A stretch of DNA of 62,989 bases, filler included, from Asterionella formosa (Eukaryota): assembly GCA_002256025.1 (NCBI GenBank). It is 17 parts of 17 records of this genome, joined end to end, with 100 filler letters (N's around TTAATTAATTAA, not from the genome) between each part and the next. Parts side by side here need not be neighbours in the genome. Positions count along the whole stretch, not along the records: positions 1 to 1,296 come from NKIB01003159.1; positions 1,397 to 2,692 come from NKIB01003160.1; positions 2,793 to 23,779 come from NKIB01003161.1; 14 more parts are not named here. The stretch is one strand, 5' to 3'. The notes beneath the pieces are model-generated. The model saw only the letters and a list, made by a program, of their open reading frames with translations. It searched no databases and was not told where the DNA came from. This document shows positions 1-12,517 of the stretch, in pieces. A program made the position numbers and the translations under genes. How positions within the stretch are numbered: position 1 is the stretch's first letter; every line of letters starts with the position of its first letter.

Positions 1-1296
1 CCCTCCACTGGATCTGCTGGTTTCATTGAAGAAATTCCTTTGAAAAAATTCAAGAAATTACTGAGTTCACATGCTGCTGCTTGCTTGATACATTCCCAAA
101 ATGCCAAAGCGTGACATTAGTCGCCATTTCAATTTGGAGAAGTGTCATTAGTTAATCCTTGTGTGCAACTCGTTCTCCTAGGTTGACATTAAAGTATTCA
201 ATAGGTGTTAGTCGAGTTCTCTCCTTTTAGAGTTCTGATATAATTTATGTAACCCTAACCCTATAGGTGTGTGTAGTTGAGCAGGATCGTTCATGTGTTA
301 CTCCCTCCTCGTTCCAGTATAGTTGCACAAACGCTCAGCATTGACTAACCCAGATCGATAGAAGTCCTTCAAAGTAGCCCTCTGTAGAAGGAATATACAT
401 TGTCTTTGTGAGACGATGCAGGCCATAGGTACGTCGGTTAGATTTGTGTATTTAGGCAAGTATAAAACTAAATAGCAATACGTGTGCATTTTTTTGGGCT
501 ATTGATTTTGTTGCCCAGTGTACAGACCTGTATCCATGCATTTAATATCAGCTATTACTACCTAAGAGATTCAGCTAAATAAACTAACAAACATGCATTT
601 CTGAGGAAAAAATTGTTTTGCAGGCGTCGAATAATATAGTTAACATTTTGTGCATGCCCAGATTTATGACAAGCTGGCCATCCATGTCAATGGTCTCATT
701 AGCCTCCCTTTTGAGGTTGCAAATCGAGCAATCAGTGATTTATTGTCACTTTTCTGGTGTTAATGATTCTTCTTATGTCTGTTGACTAACAATGGGTTAA
801 CAAATAGGGGGGTCTGGAGCAAGCATTCCAATTGGGACCAACATGCACCAAAATATCGAGGTCAGGTTCACCTTTGTTGTGCACCACCACTGATGTATGA
901 CACGATTTCTACATACGATGTGTAAAAAAAGTCTGCCATGTTTACCCGACTGGTATTATGTACAGGTCCTCACGTAATAAGAAAGTAAGCAACATGTGCA
1001 GCTTGCTCTCAGTACCTGGTACCTGGTACCAGGTACCAGGTGCATGTGTTGCAAACCGATGCATTGTGATAATTTTGTCAAGCAATTCCCGCTCCAGCTA
1101 TCGTCTTGCCATTCGGATACTTCTAAGTAATTTTTAGTCTCTAAGTAATTTTTATTTAAGGGCAATATGGGGCAGATCGAATTTTTCGGCAATAAAATTG
1201 CCGATTTTAGCATGACAACCAGAATAACGGTAATATGCATAGAGATGGTACAACAAGCGTAAAACACACGAGAATGATTGTAACATGCAACATCAA

Positions 1297-1396
1297 NNNN
1301 NNNNNNNNNNNNNNNNNNNNNNNNNNNNNNNNNNNNNNNNTTAATTAATTAANNNNNNNNNNNNNNNNNNNNNNNNNNNNNNNNNNNNNNNNNNNN
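1297..1396. other. Artificial contig-joining spacer (N44-TTAATTAATTAA-N44); 16 copies in the window
   Basis: Same 100-nt spacer with stops in all six frames also at 2693-2792, 23780-23879, 25176-25275, 26571-26670, 27966-28065, 29360-29459, 50450-50549, 51844-51943, 53238-53337, 54632-54731, 56026-56125, 57420-57519, 58813-58912, 60206-60305, 61598-61697. Confidence 0.98.
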
Positions 1397-2506
1397 GTTG
1401 CTCTCACTAATGATAACAAACAATACAGCTACTGTTGTGAATCCAGGAGCATTACTACTAGATGCATTGCTGATTAACACTAAAGTCTATTTTTGTTAAT
1501 TCAATTTCTACGAACATGAAGAGTGAATAGTTTGTCATCCTAATAATTAGAATGGTGAAATCGGAAGATTGTTGAATATGGCTGGCTGGACACCTCATGG
1601 GACAGCAGGCAAATTTACTTTCAAGTGTATCCACCTGCACCTAACAGCCTCCTTCCCATACAGCAATCCCAAATCGCCGCTCCAGTCTGTCTCTGAACAT
1701 CATGATAATGGATCAACGATAAACACCCAAAACTCCGTTGCCAAGATTATTTCCTCTTCATGCCTTCTGTTTGTCTTCATGTTGCGCTAAATCGCGAACT
1801 GGTGCCTACTTTTGGAGGTTTATGAAAGAAGACATGCATATCATTAGAAGAAATTCCAGCAATGACAGTTGACAATCAACAATGAAGGCGGCGAGGATTG
1901 TGATAGCTCTGACACCATGTCAGTCACAATGGGCTTACCTTTTCCTCCACAATCGTTGCTTCTTTAACTAACAGGCCTCCACCAAAGCTCTATCCACGAA
2001 ACAGATACTGTTTAGTATCAAAACCCAACCAGAAGATTGGATGGAGTACCGGTATTGCGAATATTTGTCCGAAGATTGAGACCGGGTACGGTTTATACCG
2101 GTAATCAAACAATATACTGGTAACTGAACATAGTGTACCGGTACATGGTATAAATACAGTAGATAGGAGTATACCCGAAGTTAATTTTGTTTTATGATAT
2201 TGTGTTCATGTATTATGCCTTGTATCGGTACCTGGTACCAGGTACGAGGGAGGTACGGGAAACTCCGTACTTCCTCGCTACGTGGAAAATTCCTTATGAT
2301 CGTTGATACATGCCTGTTTGAGCCAGTAAATTGGCGACCCGCTGATTTCACGCGTCTGCAAATAAAATATATATCGTACTTATAAGATCAGGGGTATCAT
2401 ATGATAACTGGCACAGAATTTTTCTGTGCATGATACATATTTTGTTAAATGTACGATAAATGCATACTATGAAAGTGAACAGGCTAAGGCTTACCGGTAC
2501 CTGGTA

Positions 2507-2692
2507 CCAGTAAAGAACTGCTGTGACCCACTGAGTTCTCCTGTTCGTTTGATTAGTTCGACTAAACCTTTTCCATGCCTTGCGAGAATCAAACTTCCAG
2601 GTCTTGTTAACCAAAGGAGTCAGCAGGTTGTGGATCTGTCGGTATTCTCATTGAAGGTCGAGGTACTGAGATACGAACCCTTTTATGTGGAC
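2507..2692 (-). mobile_element. Terminal fragment of CCWGT-terminated non-autonomous DNA transposon (same family as 34458-35215)
   Basis: TA|CCAGTAAAGAACTGCTGTGACCCACTGAGTTCTCCTGTTCGTTTG resembles the reverse complement of the right end at 35215 (CCTGTAAAAACTGCCATGACCCATTGAGTTAGGGTGTTTGTTTG); truncated by contig end. Confidence 0.65.
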
Positions 2693-2792
2693 NNNNNNNN
2701 NNNNNNNNNNNNNNNNNNNNNNNNNNNNNNNNNNNNTTAATTAATTAANNNNNNNNNNNNNNNNNNNNNNNNNNNNNNNNNNNNNNNNNNNN

Positions 2793-2917
2793 AAAGAAAT
2801 ATAGCACGTTACTTTGTCTATGACAAGAAAATTATTGGGTGTTTGGTTCCACCTCGAGAAAAATGTACAGGGGGGTCCAGCAACCATAGGGGGGGTCCAG
2901 GACAATGAAGTATACGG
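2793..2917 (+). mobile_element. Right end (TIR) of a Tc2/pogo-like element
   Basis: GGGGGTCCAGGACAATGAAGTATACGG|TA is the reverse complement of the terminus at 15544 (CGTATACTTCATTGTCCTGGACCCCC); CCGTA-type terminus and TA flank. Confidence 0.7.
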
Positions 2918-3570
2918 TACTTTTCTTTATTCTCTCCAAACTCAAAATCGTTCTCTTTTTCTGGGCGGAATGATGAAAACAACCAACAATGAACTGTTTT
3001 ATGTTTACAAGGATTTGAATATTCAAGTGCTCGCATCATAATATGCAAGAACTAGTAGTATCAGCTTACCAAGAAAGGTCTGGTAAAACACGGTTTTTAT
3101 TCAAGCAAAGATTAAGCTAAATATCTCAATTATCGGAACTTCCAGGGTACCAGGTAACCCGATATAAATATTATACCATTCTAGGTTACCAGGTACTTCA
3201 CCACTATTTGCATGCAGGGCTCGTCCTCGTGCTTCTTCTCTTTCTAACAGTAGGTAGTCTACCGGTACTGAATTGATGACGTTTTCTATGTATTTAAACG
3301 CCTGTCCTGCGTCACGTCATCAATTTCAGCAAAATGACCGCAACTTGCTGGTACCGATACTCACAGCATGTTTAGTTCCTGCACCGGGTACCGTGTAGGC
3401 TCGCAATAAAAGATACAGAATAAAATTCAAACATGAAGCGACCTCGTCCATTTATCCTTCCCCCAATTTCGCTCCTTGTTCGCTGTCGATTGTTGCATCA
3501 CTTGCAACTTAATCATTCGTTGAGAATCAAAATGGTCTGAAACAGTATCAGAACTCAGCAGCTCCGAGTC

Positions 3571-4530
3571 ATGAGAACACAGTACTTTCAAAGATTTCAA
3601 AGGGCAACGCTGACCGTTTTCATACTTGCAACTAAATGTCATTCCTTTGAGATTCCTTACTTCTGCGGAGACACGAGCACCCAACCTATTCTCATCGGCA
3701 ATCCATATGGTTCTCGTTCGACTTCACATGATCTCTTGAAATCAAGTTTAGATAGCGATCCTCCGCCATTGATGACTATCATACTTCCTGCCTACAATGA
3801 AAAATTACGAATTGGTGAAACGCTCCAACTATATTCGTCCATTCTGGTCTCCTCCAAGAGATGGAATGGAGTCACACAAATACTTGTGGTTGACGATGGT
3901 TCGACAGACGGTACAGCAGAATTTGTCAAGGCCTTTCAAAACTGCCAACTACCACTTTCTTGTGTATCCCTGGATGACAACAAGGGCAAAGGAGCTGCTC
4001 TTTCTTTTGGCATCCAACAAGCTGCAAATCAAAATGGTCTGATTTTGCTTGTGGATGCCGATGGCAGTGGGGACATGAACTGTTTAGATGCAGTCTACAT
4101 GAGATTACACGAGCTTGTCGGTGGCAACTGGACCGCACCTGCCATTGTGGTCGGAAATCGTGGCTATCAAGGAACATCTTTCGCAAGATCGATTCTCCGT
4201 TGGGGCTTTCGAACCTGTGTCAAGGTCATTTGCGGTGACCTACAAGCCCAGGACACACAATGCGGTTTCAAACTGATGACTGCATTGGCTGCACAGCAGC
4301 TTTACACTGACTTGCACCTAGAAGGATGGACTCACGATGTCGAGGTTTTGTATCGTGCCAAAGAACTTGGAGTACCTGTAGGCGATGTTGTCATCAATTG
4401 GCAAGACAAAGACGGGTCCAAGCTGGTCGCATCACCTGGCGGGACGATTGGGGTGAGTTTGAGTATGCTACTTGAAATTTTACGAATGAGAGTTGAGTAT
4501 ACCATAGGCAACTGGAAGATTCCAAACTAA
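3571..4530 (+). CDS. ALG5: Dolichyl-phosphate beta-glucosyltransferase-like GT2 glycosyltransferase
   Basis: 319-aa ORF with IILPAYNE, VVDDGSTDGT, NKGKG, DADG, DTQCGFKL, W..DVE and W.D.DGSKL motifs typical of ALG5. Confidence 0.85.
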   Translation: MRTQYFQRFQRATLTVFILATKCHSFEIPYFCGDTSTQPILIGNPYGSRSTSHDLLKSSLDSDPPPLMTIILPAYNEKLRIGETLQLYSSILVSSKRWNGVTQILVVDDGSTDGTAEFVKAFQNCQLPLSCVSLDDNKGKGAALSFGIQQAANQNGLILLVDADGSGDMNCLDAVYMRLHELVGGNWTAPAIVVGNRGYQGTSFARSILRWGFRTCVKVICGDLQAQDTQCGFKLMTALAAQQLYTDLHLEGWTHDVEVLYRAKELGVPVGDVVINWQDKDGSKLVASPGGTIGVSLSMLLEILRMRVEYTIGNWKIPN

Positions 4531-6876
4531 AATATTGTGGAGTTGTGAGAGTGATGTTATTAGTGCAAAATCATCATAAGTCATAGTTTATTTTGGCAGA
4601 CAATAACTTGCAATTTCTAAAACCAGACATAGCATCACTGTATTTTTCATTCCTTCCCACCAATGACATGTGATTCCGAAGCAAACACCATTGGACATTG
4701 CAAGTCATGAGGGGTTTTGAAATTCAATCAAACATACTTTAGTAATAGTGTTTTTCTTGGGACAAACTTATCCAGATATCTCACAGGTGACTCCTGTATT
4801 AGACAATAGATGACATAGAACAACAATTATGCATGATGTGGATGATGGATTAAGGCTCATTGTGACATTGGTCCTGCAACTATTTTCTTTCTTGTATTTG
4901 TGTGCTTTGGCCCAATCTCTTGTTTTTCCATCAAATGAAAGACCAAGGCATCTCAGTCAAGAACTAATAATATTAATATGGATGATTCATATACAAGGAA
5001 TTGAATAAGAAATGCGTTTTAAAAAATTAGTGTAAGCAACCTTGACCACAGAATCGTCAGCGTGGTGAGCATGGCACCAGTGCTGCCACTGGCAGCCTCA
5101 TGACTGAAATTGCCTAGTATAAAGCAGTTTTTCCCTCCGTAACAATTACTACGATGTAATGAATGATCCCAATTCAGCCCATAAATTGCTCAAAGTGTTT
5201 TCAATCATTAGTATTTCTCATGCTCTCTGTATATCCAGCAGTCTCTCCCGCTGTATTCTTAGATAGTTCATCATCACTCTTCATTTGCTTTTTGCTCTAA
5301 ACTCTCTCGTTTCGTGAGCCCCCTTTCTAACTAATATAGAGGTTCAGGGGTCAGTCATCAACTATCATCTTCACTTCTTGCATTATCATCAGATTTTACC
5401 CTTGTCCCCCTTTCCAAAACTGGTTATTATAACACAAAATTGAAATTGAGCACACTATGATTACAACTGAAAATCTTAAAAATCATCATTTCGATTGTTT
5501 CGTTTTGTTTTGTTTTGTTTTGTTTGTCATCATTCATCCTGCAATTGTTCACTCACTCACTCATTGAACTAGCACTAACAAGCATTGCTGTGGTGTCTGA
5601 CACATCGTTCTAGCAAGTACTTGGCTGGTGTTTAGAAGATTTTGTCAGTTAGTAGTACATTGTATCAGCTGCTAGAGTTTCATGGTAGCAACACGAGTAG
5701 CAATACACTCTTTCTGATATCATAAATTGCGTCAGAAATGTGGAAGTAGCAGAGTAGTTCTCGATCCCACTTCTTTGTCCAACAATTGACATATATATAT
5801 ATTCTGTTGACAATTCCATAAACAACAGCTCCAAAATACATTAAAGTTCCAAAAGATGTATTGTACCAACTTCCATTGCTGTGTTTATCCTGCTTCAAAG
5901 AAACAATCTCTGAATTTCATCACTGAGTCCAATTGATAAAACTTATTTCAATCAAGCAACTCTGAATTCTTCGATTGAAAATGCATTGAACCTTCCACGA
6001 ATATCTAGTGAAAGGAAACGTGACTGGAATGTTTAAACTTACTCACCAACTTACCAGCTGGCTGTGATCCAAACACAATTTTGACAGCCAGCATGGTGAT
6101 GCTGACTGCCAATTGGTTTTATAATCAGCTCATTGCTTGCTGTTTGGCAAACAAAGTTCATAGTTTCAAACTTTTTGAAGATGTGTTGTTGACCCAGAAG
6201 GACAATAATCCTGCATTTGCTAATTTTCTACTCTTTACTTGTTAATCACCAGCTGGCTCCATGAGTCTCTTAAACTAGGTAACTAGTTATGACCACCTGG
6301 AATAATATTTAGATGGATAATAACCTCCATACAGGAACTATTGTCTGCATTACAAATCTGCACTCCTATACATGATACCATTGCATTCATGTTTCTTCAC
6401 TCCATATGTATTGCTACAACATAGTCTACACTATAGAATATGTTACATTTTATTTATTTATTATGAGAGAAATAATGAGGTGTCTACAACAACACTTCTT
6501 TACTACCAGGGTACTCCTACCACGCACTTTCTCCCTCCGCCCATCGCCATGATCATGCATGCTTTCGTTTATGTTGTTGTCTGTGTCTGTGTCGCGTCCA
6601 TGCCTCCATTGCTCCGATTGAGAAAGAAAGGACGAGGCAGCAATCATCACGTTCGCTCGTCATCAGTCAAGCAATAGTCAACGAGGAGTAGTGTTCAGAG
6701 TAGTGTTGCCTGAACACTGATACACGTATGTCTGCTACTTGCTATCCTCGATCATTGGTTCTTCGTCTTGTGCTGCAAATAGACTCATCAAGTGCACATA
6801 CGAACTGATAATCTTGTTGCGAGGAAGTGTAGAGCAGTGATATTCTTTAAGCAAATCATTTCAAAGCAACGAAAGA

Positions 6877-7818
6877 ATGGCAACCGACGTGCCGCAAGGA
6901 AGCAAGGCGACGGCCCCCACTCCGACTCCGACTCCTACCCCTGCAGCTCCTGCTGCTACTAAGTCCACTGCAAGCAAAGCGGCAGCCCGACCACCGAAGC
7001 TTGGGGCAGATGGAAAGCCTCTCAAGAAAAAGGTCCGACGGAAGAAGCCACCGGGCACACCAACACCCAAGGCGACATCTCAGTCGACCGTTTCGCTGTA
7101 TGCCACTGCCAAGACGGCCCAACAAGAACTAGCCCACCAATCGGCCCTGGCCGCAGCTCGCAAATCGGATCCGTATTGGTATCGCTCTGAAGAAGCAATG
7201 GCCGCAATCTCGGGAGACTCTGTTATGGCCCCTGGAGTTTTGGCCGATCAAATCGAAATTGTCGAAGCTGCTCTCCGTCAGAATTACTTGTCTCGCTCTG
7301 ATGTCACACCGCAAGCGTATGCTTGTCTATTGGAACAGGCACGTCGTCGCGCGCTCGAACTTCTCGCCGACGCCCAGGACTATGCATACTTCGCCAACCG
7401 CCTCGATGTCAGCCGGGCAGACTTGTTGCTTGCAGCTGAACTCCGTCCAGACCAGCCTGGATTTGCCGCACACACTCAGCATCATAAGATGGTTTTTGTC
7501 AGTCATCAAGTCAATCGCAAGCCTCTCCCACCCATTCCTACGCATTGTTATTCGGGAGTTTTATTGCCACCCAAAGAACATCAATTGACAGCACGGACAT
7601 TCGATGTGGTAACAGGTGCTCAAGTGGCACAGCGCATGGTGGGCCGACTGCCAAGCTTGGGCCAGAAAGCCGCATCCTCCACTAGACCTAGCTATGGAGC
7701 GTCGCGAGGACGGCAAATTGCAATTCATCTCAGACAGGAAGAGGGACCAGCTCCGATGGATACAACGACAGCACCAATTGTGCCGACTCCGGTGAAGCGA
7801 AAGTCGGATCAAATATGA
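6877..7818 (+). CDS. TAF9: Transcription initiation factor TFIID subunit 9 (TFIID-31kDa histone fold)
   Basis: 313-aa ORF; LLEQARR...DAQDYA..A.R......DLLLA followed by NRKPLPPIP...GVLLPP matches the TAF9 histone fold and C-terminal motif. Confidence 0.75.
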   Translation: MATDVPQGSKATAPTPTPTPTPAAPAATKSTASKAAARPPKLGADGKPLKKKVRRKKPPGTPTPKATSQSTVSLYATAKTAQQELAHQSALAAARKSDPYWYRSEEAMAAISGDSVMAPGVLADQIEIVEAALRQNYLSRSDVTPQAYACLLEQARRRALELLADAQDYAYFANRLDVSRADLLLAAELRPDQPGFAAHTQHHKMVFVSHQVNRKPLPPIPTHCYSGVLLPPKEHQLTARTFDVVTGAQVAQRMVGRLPSLGQKAASSTRPSYGASRGRQIAIHLRQEEGPAPMDTTTAPIVPTPVKRKSDQI

Positions 7819-8291
7819 AATAGACAGTTGGTGTGAGTTTTACAATGGGTTTCATTCATCTAAAGCTCGTACGTGATTTTAAGATAACTACGGTGAAAGG
7901 TGAAGAGGGGAAGGTTTATGCTAGCAGTGCACAAAAGTGGTATGAACATGTTAATTAAAGAGTCATAACGTACTATTCTGTAGCCGACATCGAGGAGGGT
8001 GCGCGTTATCGTTCTAGACGAAAAGCTGGGAGGCGATGTTTTGATGCATCCTTAAATTGAAGATGCTTTTCTATTACTACTGCATTTGTGAACTCCGCGT
8101 CGACATTGCGTTGTAATTTGATGAACGGACACAAAATTACAAACCAGGTACATGAATATAAATATAACCATTCAATTTATTTATTTGTCCGTTGCCCATT
8201 TATTCATCTTATGTATGTTCATTGGCCCTGGTATATTCTCATTTGACTGCACCATCAGCCCGCAAATGTAGTAGTCACTACCTCTAGGGTT

Positions 8292-8758
8292 TTATCCATA
8301 TCTAACTCCATACAAGAATCCAAGGGAGAAGCCCCCAGCGTCGGGCATCTTGTTGAGCATAATTTTCTTGAATCTACTCCAATACTCCTTCAAGTCGTTT
8401 GTTCCGAGTGTGCCGTCGCCGTCCTAAGATAAGAAAACGATCACGCATGTCTGAGAAATCAATTTCATTGAAACGAAACAAATCAATACATGCAGTCAAA
8501 AATTAAAAGAGAACTCACAGTATCCACAGACTTGATAGCATCATCCTTGACCTTGCCCCAATCAATGTTAATGTATCCAGTCGAGACCAGTCCCTGCATT
8601 ACCATGAAGGAAACCCCGACGGCAAAAGCGGCAGCCTTTCCAATCCTCTTTGTGGCGTATCCAGAGCAATACCCCATCAAGCTTCCAAAGGTTAATTTTG
8701 TCAAGATGGGCTTGAGTGTATCAATAGCCTTTGCCATTGGGTCCTTGTTCTCAACCAT
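8292..8758 (-). CDS. FUN14-family membrane protein (2 exons)
   Basis: Exons 8758-8519 and 8423-8292; intron GTGAG...TTAG; G..GYCSGYATK.IGK.AA...G, GYINIDW, then DGDG...DLK and GGFSLGFLYG. Confidence 0.85.
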
Positions 8759-8858
8759 GGTAAAATAGATTCTGTTTCGTTATCAGTTTCGTAAGCAAAA
8801 GATATATTGATGAATGGGTAGCAGAAAGCGTTCTTACTGTGCGTGGTTCTGCAGTTTC

Positions 8859-9680
8859 GGTACATGGTACCATCAATTCTACGTAGCTACTGGTACATGG
8901 TACAGTGGGATACTTTCGCTCATTGCAATACTCGGTACCTTGTACTCAACCAGGTACAGTACCAGGTACCTGGTACCAGGGTAGCGGAAGTGATGCTAAT
9001 TCATTCTTCTTCATGGTACCTGGTACCTAGTACCAGGTACGACGTATAATCTCTACTCCGATTGCATCATACCGGTACTCATTCCCCTCGAGATATCTAC
9101 ACATTTGTGGATGTAACCCATGAACGGCAATTGGAATCTGGCGATGGACGTGGCAAACTCGCTCTATTGCATTGTTGCCAGTAGTACAGGACACAGGTGG
9201 TAGGTAGTAAGGCAGTATTGGTACCTCGTAGCTATACAACCTACCGGTATTTGTACATCGTGCATCATGTCATGATCGTGGTGGTACCAGTACCTGGTAC
9301 CAGGTACATGGTGCTCACCAGGTACCGCCCAGGTACCGGTATCAGGTTTGTGTTCTGATGTGTACCGGTATGTCTTTTGCGTACAGGCGGTTGCAAATTC
9401 CAACAAAGGTGAGATGCATACTACCAGGCTGTATGTAGTAAATCCCGCTACCAGGTACCAGGTACACTACCGGTATTCCTTTTCGGCGAGCGAAAGCGAA
9501 AAACTTCGATCATCGCTTTGCGTCTTTGCTTTTGTATTGCCGGCAACTGCCCTTGTTGTTACCCCTGGTACCTGGTACCAGGTACCACTACATAGCTACC
9601 GCTATACCGGTATACCACATCTACGTAAGAGCGGTTTCGCTCGGAAGTATGGTACCTGGTACCAGGTGCCCTGGTACCGT
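8859..9680. repeat. Dense cluster of TACCWGGTA/TACCGGTA (GGTACC) motifs
   Basis: e.g. CAGGTACAGTACCAGGTACCTGGTACCAGGG (~8951), GGTACCAGTACCTGGTACCAGGTACATGG (~9283), CCCTGGTACCTGGTACCAGGTACC (~9563). Confidence 0.85.
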
Positions 9681-10000
9681 ACTTATACTTGTTGTATACT
9701 TACATTCCTATGTATTTGCCGAACAAATCAAATATAAGGAACCTAAAAAAAATCAAGGCGTTGTCATTGTCAAAAAATGTACGGTATTTTGATAACTTTA
9801 CCCACCTCCACCTCACCATCAAAAGCTCCAACTAAAGTGAATTTGCACTGATTGACAAGAAAATTTCGAAAATGTTTGCAAAAAGTAGTAAGTACTGATG
9901 GTAGGCTATAAAGTCAGGTATTTTAGTTTATGGCTTTCATGTAATATACAACGGTTATGGTTCTCGTGTTCCCTACCTAGCAAGAAAATTTCGTTCGACT

Positions 10001-11435
10001 CTAATCCAGGACCCACTTTTCCACTCCATAACCAACAAACTTCTCACTAGTTCTCTTGAACCCTGCTCCCTCAAATCCAAAACCCAATTTGTCTGCTTCT
10101 TGCTCCAACATGGAAACTTCGGTATCAGTCAATCGCCAACCCATGGAGCCCAAATTATCCCTGACCTGCGCATTGGAACGAGCCCCTGGAATAGGAATTG
10201 CTCCCTTACAAATAATGTAGTTCAAGGCCACTTGCGCAATCGTCTTTCCGCGTATTTGGGCTATGTCTTCCATTACTTGCAGCACTGGCCCCACTCCAGC
10301 GTGAGACTTCCCGTCGCCCTGAGCATACTTTTTCAAGTCACGCTCTTCAAATTTTGACTTTTTGCTCGAAGTTAATGACGTTAGAGTGTCTTTTGCCATG
10401 CTCCCACTCGATTTCGATGTGTACTTGCCAGTCAAGAGGCCCATGGCGAAGGGGAAGGATGCTAACGTGGCGATACCAAGTTCCTTTCCCTTATTCAATG
10501 TCTCTTGAGCTCCATTGTGACGACCAATCAAGGAGTAGGCAATTTGGTTGGACGCCAAAGGAACGCCACGTTTCGCAAGTGCCGTGTGACATTTTGTCAA
10601 CAACGAAGGCCCATAATTGCAAACTCCCACATTTTTAACCAGCCCGAGATGGTAACATTCCGCCAATCCATCCCAATACATTTCATCCTTGGATTCCCCA
10701 AACCCAAATGCACGAAAGGGTTGTACAATGTCCGGCATATGCAATTGGTATAAATCAATCTGCTCAACTCCTAGTCGTTCGCAAGATTGTTCGCAAGCTT
10801 CCACAACTGAAGCAATCGAAGTTCTCCATGGCGAGGGAGTAAACTTTGTCGCCACGATACCACTACCCGAAGATCGTGATAACAGGGTGCGAGTCAGTCG
10901 CTCTGTCTCTCCCCAGCCCATGCCAATGGCTGTCTTAATATGACTACCATATCGTTCCGCCGTGTCGAAAAAGGCAGCGTTGGAAGTACAGGCGGTTTGA
11001 ACAAGGGATTGAAGTTCCAAGTTTTCTAGTTCCGTTACTAGGGTTGTGGTTTGTGTGGGCGGCGCGTTTTGGAAAAAGTTATGACAAGCTGTGAGAAAAT
11101 AGAAAAGTTGTGATGAATCGAATCAATCGATGGTAGGTATCATCAGTTAACTTACGACTATCGCTGGACCATGAAATGGTACCGATACCGACGCTAGGAA
11201 CAGTGAGAGTTCCCAACTTGGTGTAGTCAGTCGTTTGCAAATCGCTTGCAGCGGCTATTTTGGATCCTTCCAAAAACATGGAAATGGCAGATCTTCTCGT
11301 TGTCCGCTCTCGATGATTTGCAAAATGGTGGACGGCTCTCACATTTCTGCTCGCGGGAACGAACAAAGCCGATGCTGGAGCAGCCAATAATGATATATGA
11401 ATTAACAGAGCCGACGATGCGTACCGGTACTTCAT
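10001..11435 (-). CDS. Aldo/keto reductase, probably plastid-targeted (pyridoxal reductase-like), 2 exons
   Basis: Exons 11435-11156 and 11037-10001, intron GTAAG...CCTAG restores frame; FFDTAERYG, IDLYQLHMP, VGVCNY, SNQIAYSL, PIPGA motifs; signal peptide ending ASA-LF. Confidence 0.88.
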
Positions 11436-12517
11436 TGTGGCTTATAAATACGTCCGTTTATTCAATTATGTTTGGTTGCAGCAAATGTTGAGTCGTCAAT
11501 CCCCAAAACGGACTCACACCACGTCCGTACTTGCTGGTGGCTAGCAAACGTATGTACCGGTACATCGTTGATGGATGATCAAAGAACAAATAATATATTT
11601 ATTTTTGTGAGGTTATATCGCTCCGGTAGTATATACCAAGCAATCAAAATGTGAGCGTCTGTGCTGGCCGACACGTCATTTTGTTCACGAGCTGAATCAT
11701 GAATGAATCGTCATTTCTTTCGGTAATGTTTTTCAGTACCTGGTACCACGTACTCCGGAGCAACCTGCCTTGTTTCATTTTTTGGGAAAGCAATTGATAT
11801 GATTTGCTTCGTTCCCCTATGCATGTAGGACCGGTATTTCGATATTTCGTCCCCCTATCCCCTGCAGTAACTTACCTTCAGATGCTAGCACTGGCGGAGT
11901 GCCGGTACCCACCCTGGTACCATGTACTGGATATATATGGCTTTGAGCCACATTATTATGCTGGCATTGTCTTCCGAGTAACTCTACCGGTAGATATATG
12001 CTAAAATCGATCCCCTCTTTCGCCCTTTGGCACGATATTAGTTAGTTCATTAAGCTGCTTGAAAATTAGATCATTTTTATACTTGAATATATATATGTTG
12101 TCTGAGATCTATCCATTTTAAAAGTGACAAAACTGGTCGAAGTGCTCAAAGCCATTGATTCAAATTTTAGCATACATGTAGTTTTTATACGTGACAGTTA
12201 GAAAATATTATTTCATTCACATGTTTTTTCGCACTATTTGAATTGTTCTTAGACTGGTGGTGTTCCCATTTTATCTAGTTGGTTCTGTCAAAGACTCCTC
12301 GCATTTTTTCACAGTTCCATCAGTTTGATTCTGTCAACAGTCAGCAGGTATCGTTGACAGTCTGTGTACATGAAACTCCCTGTACGTAGTACATTATACC
12401 GATATTTGATAATACGGGACTGATTATCTATATCATAACACGATACAATGGACGACGTGTAATGCATGGATCATCCGCAATGACGCAGATTCTTCTATAT
12501 AAACCAACAACATAACG

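Noticed and set aside
250..262. Telomere-like TAACCCTAACCCT
   Set aside because: Only two units, internal to a contig
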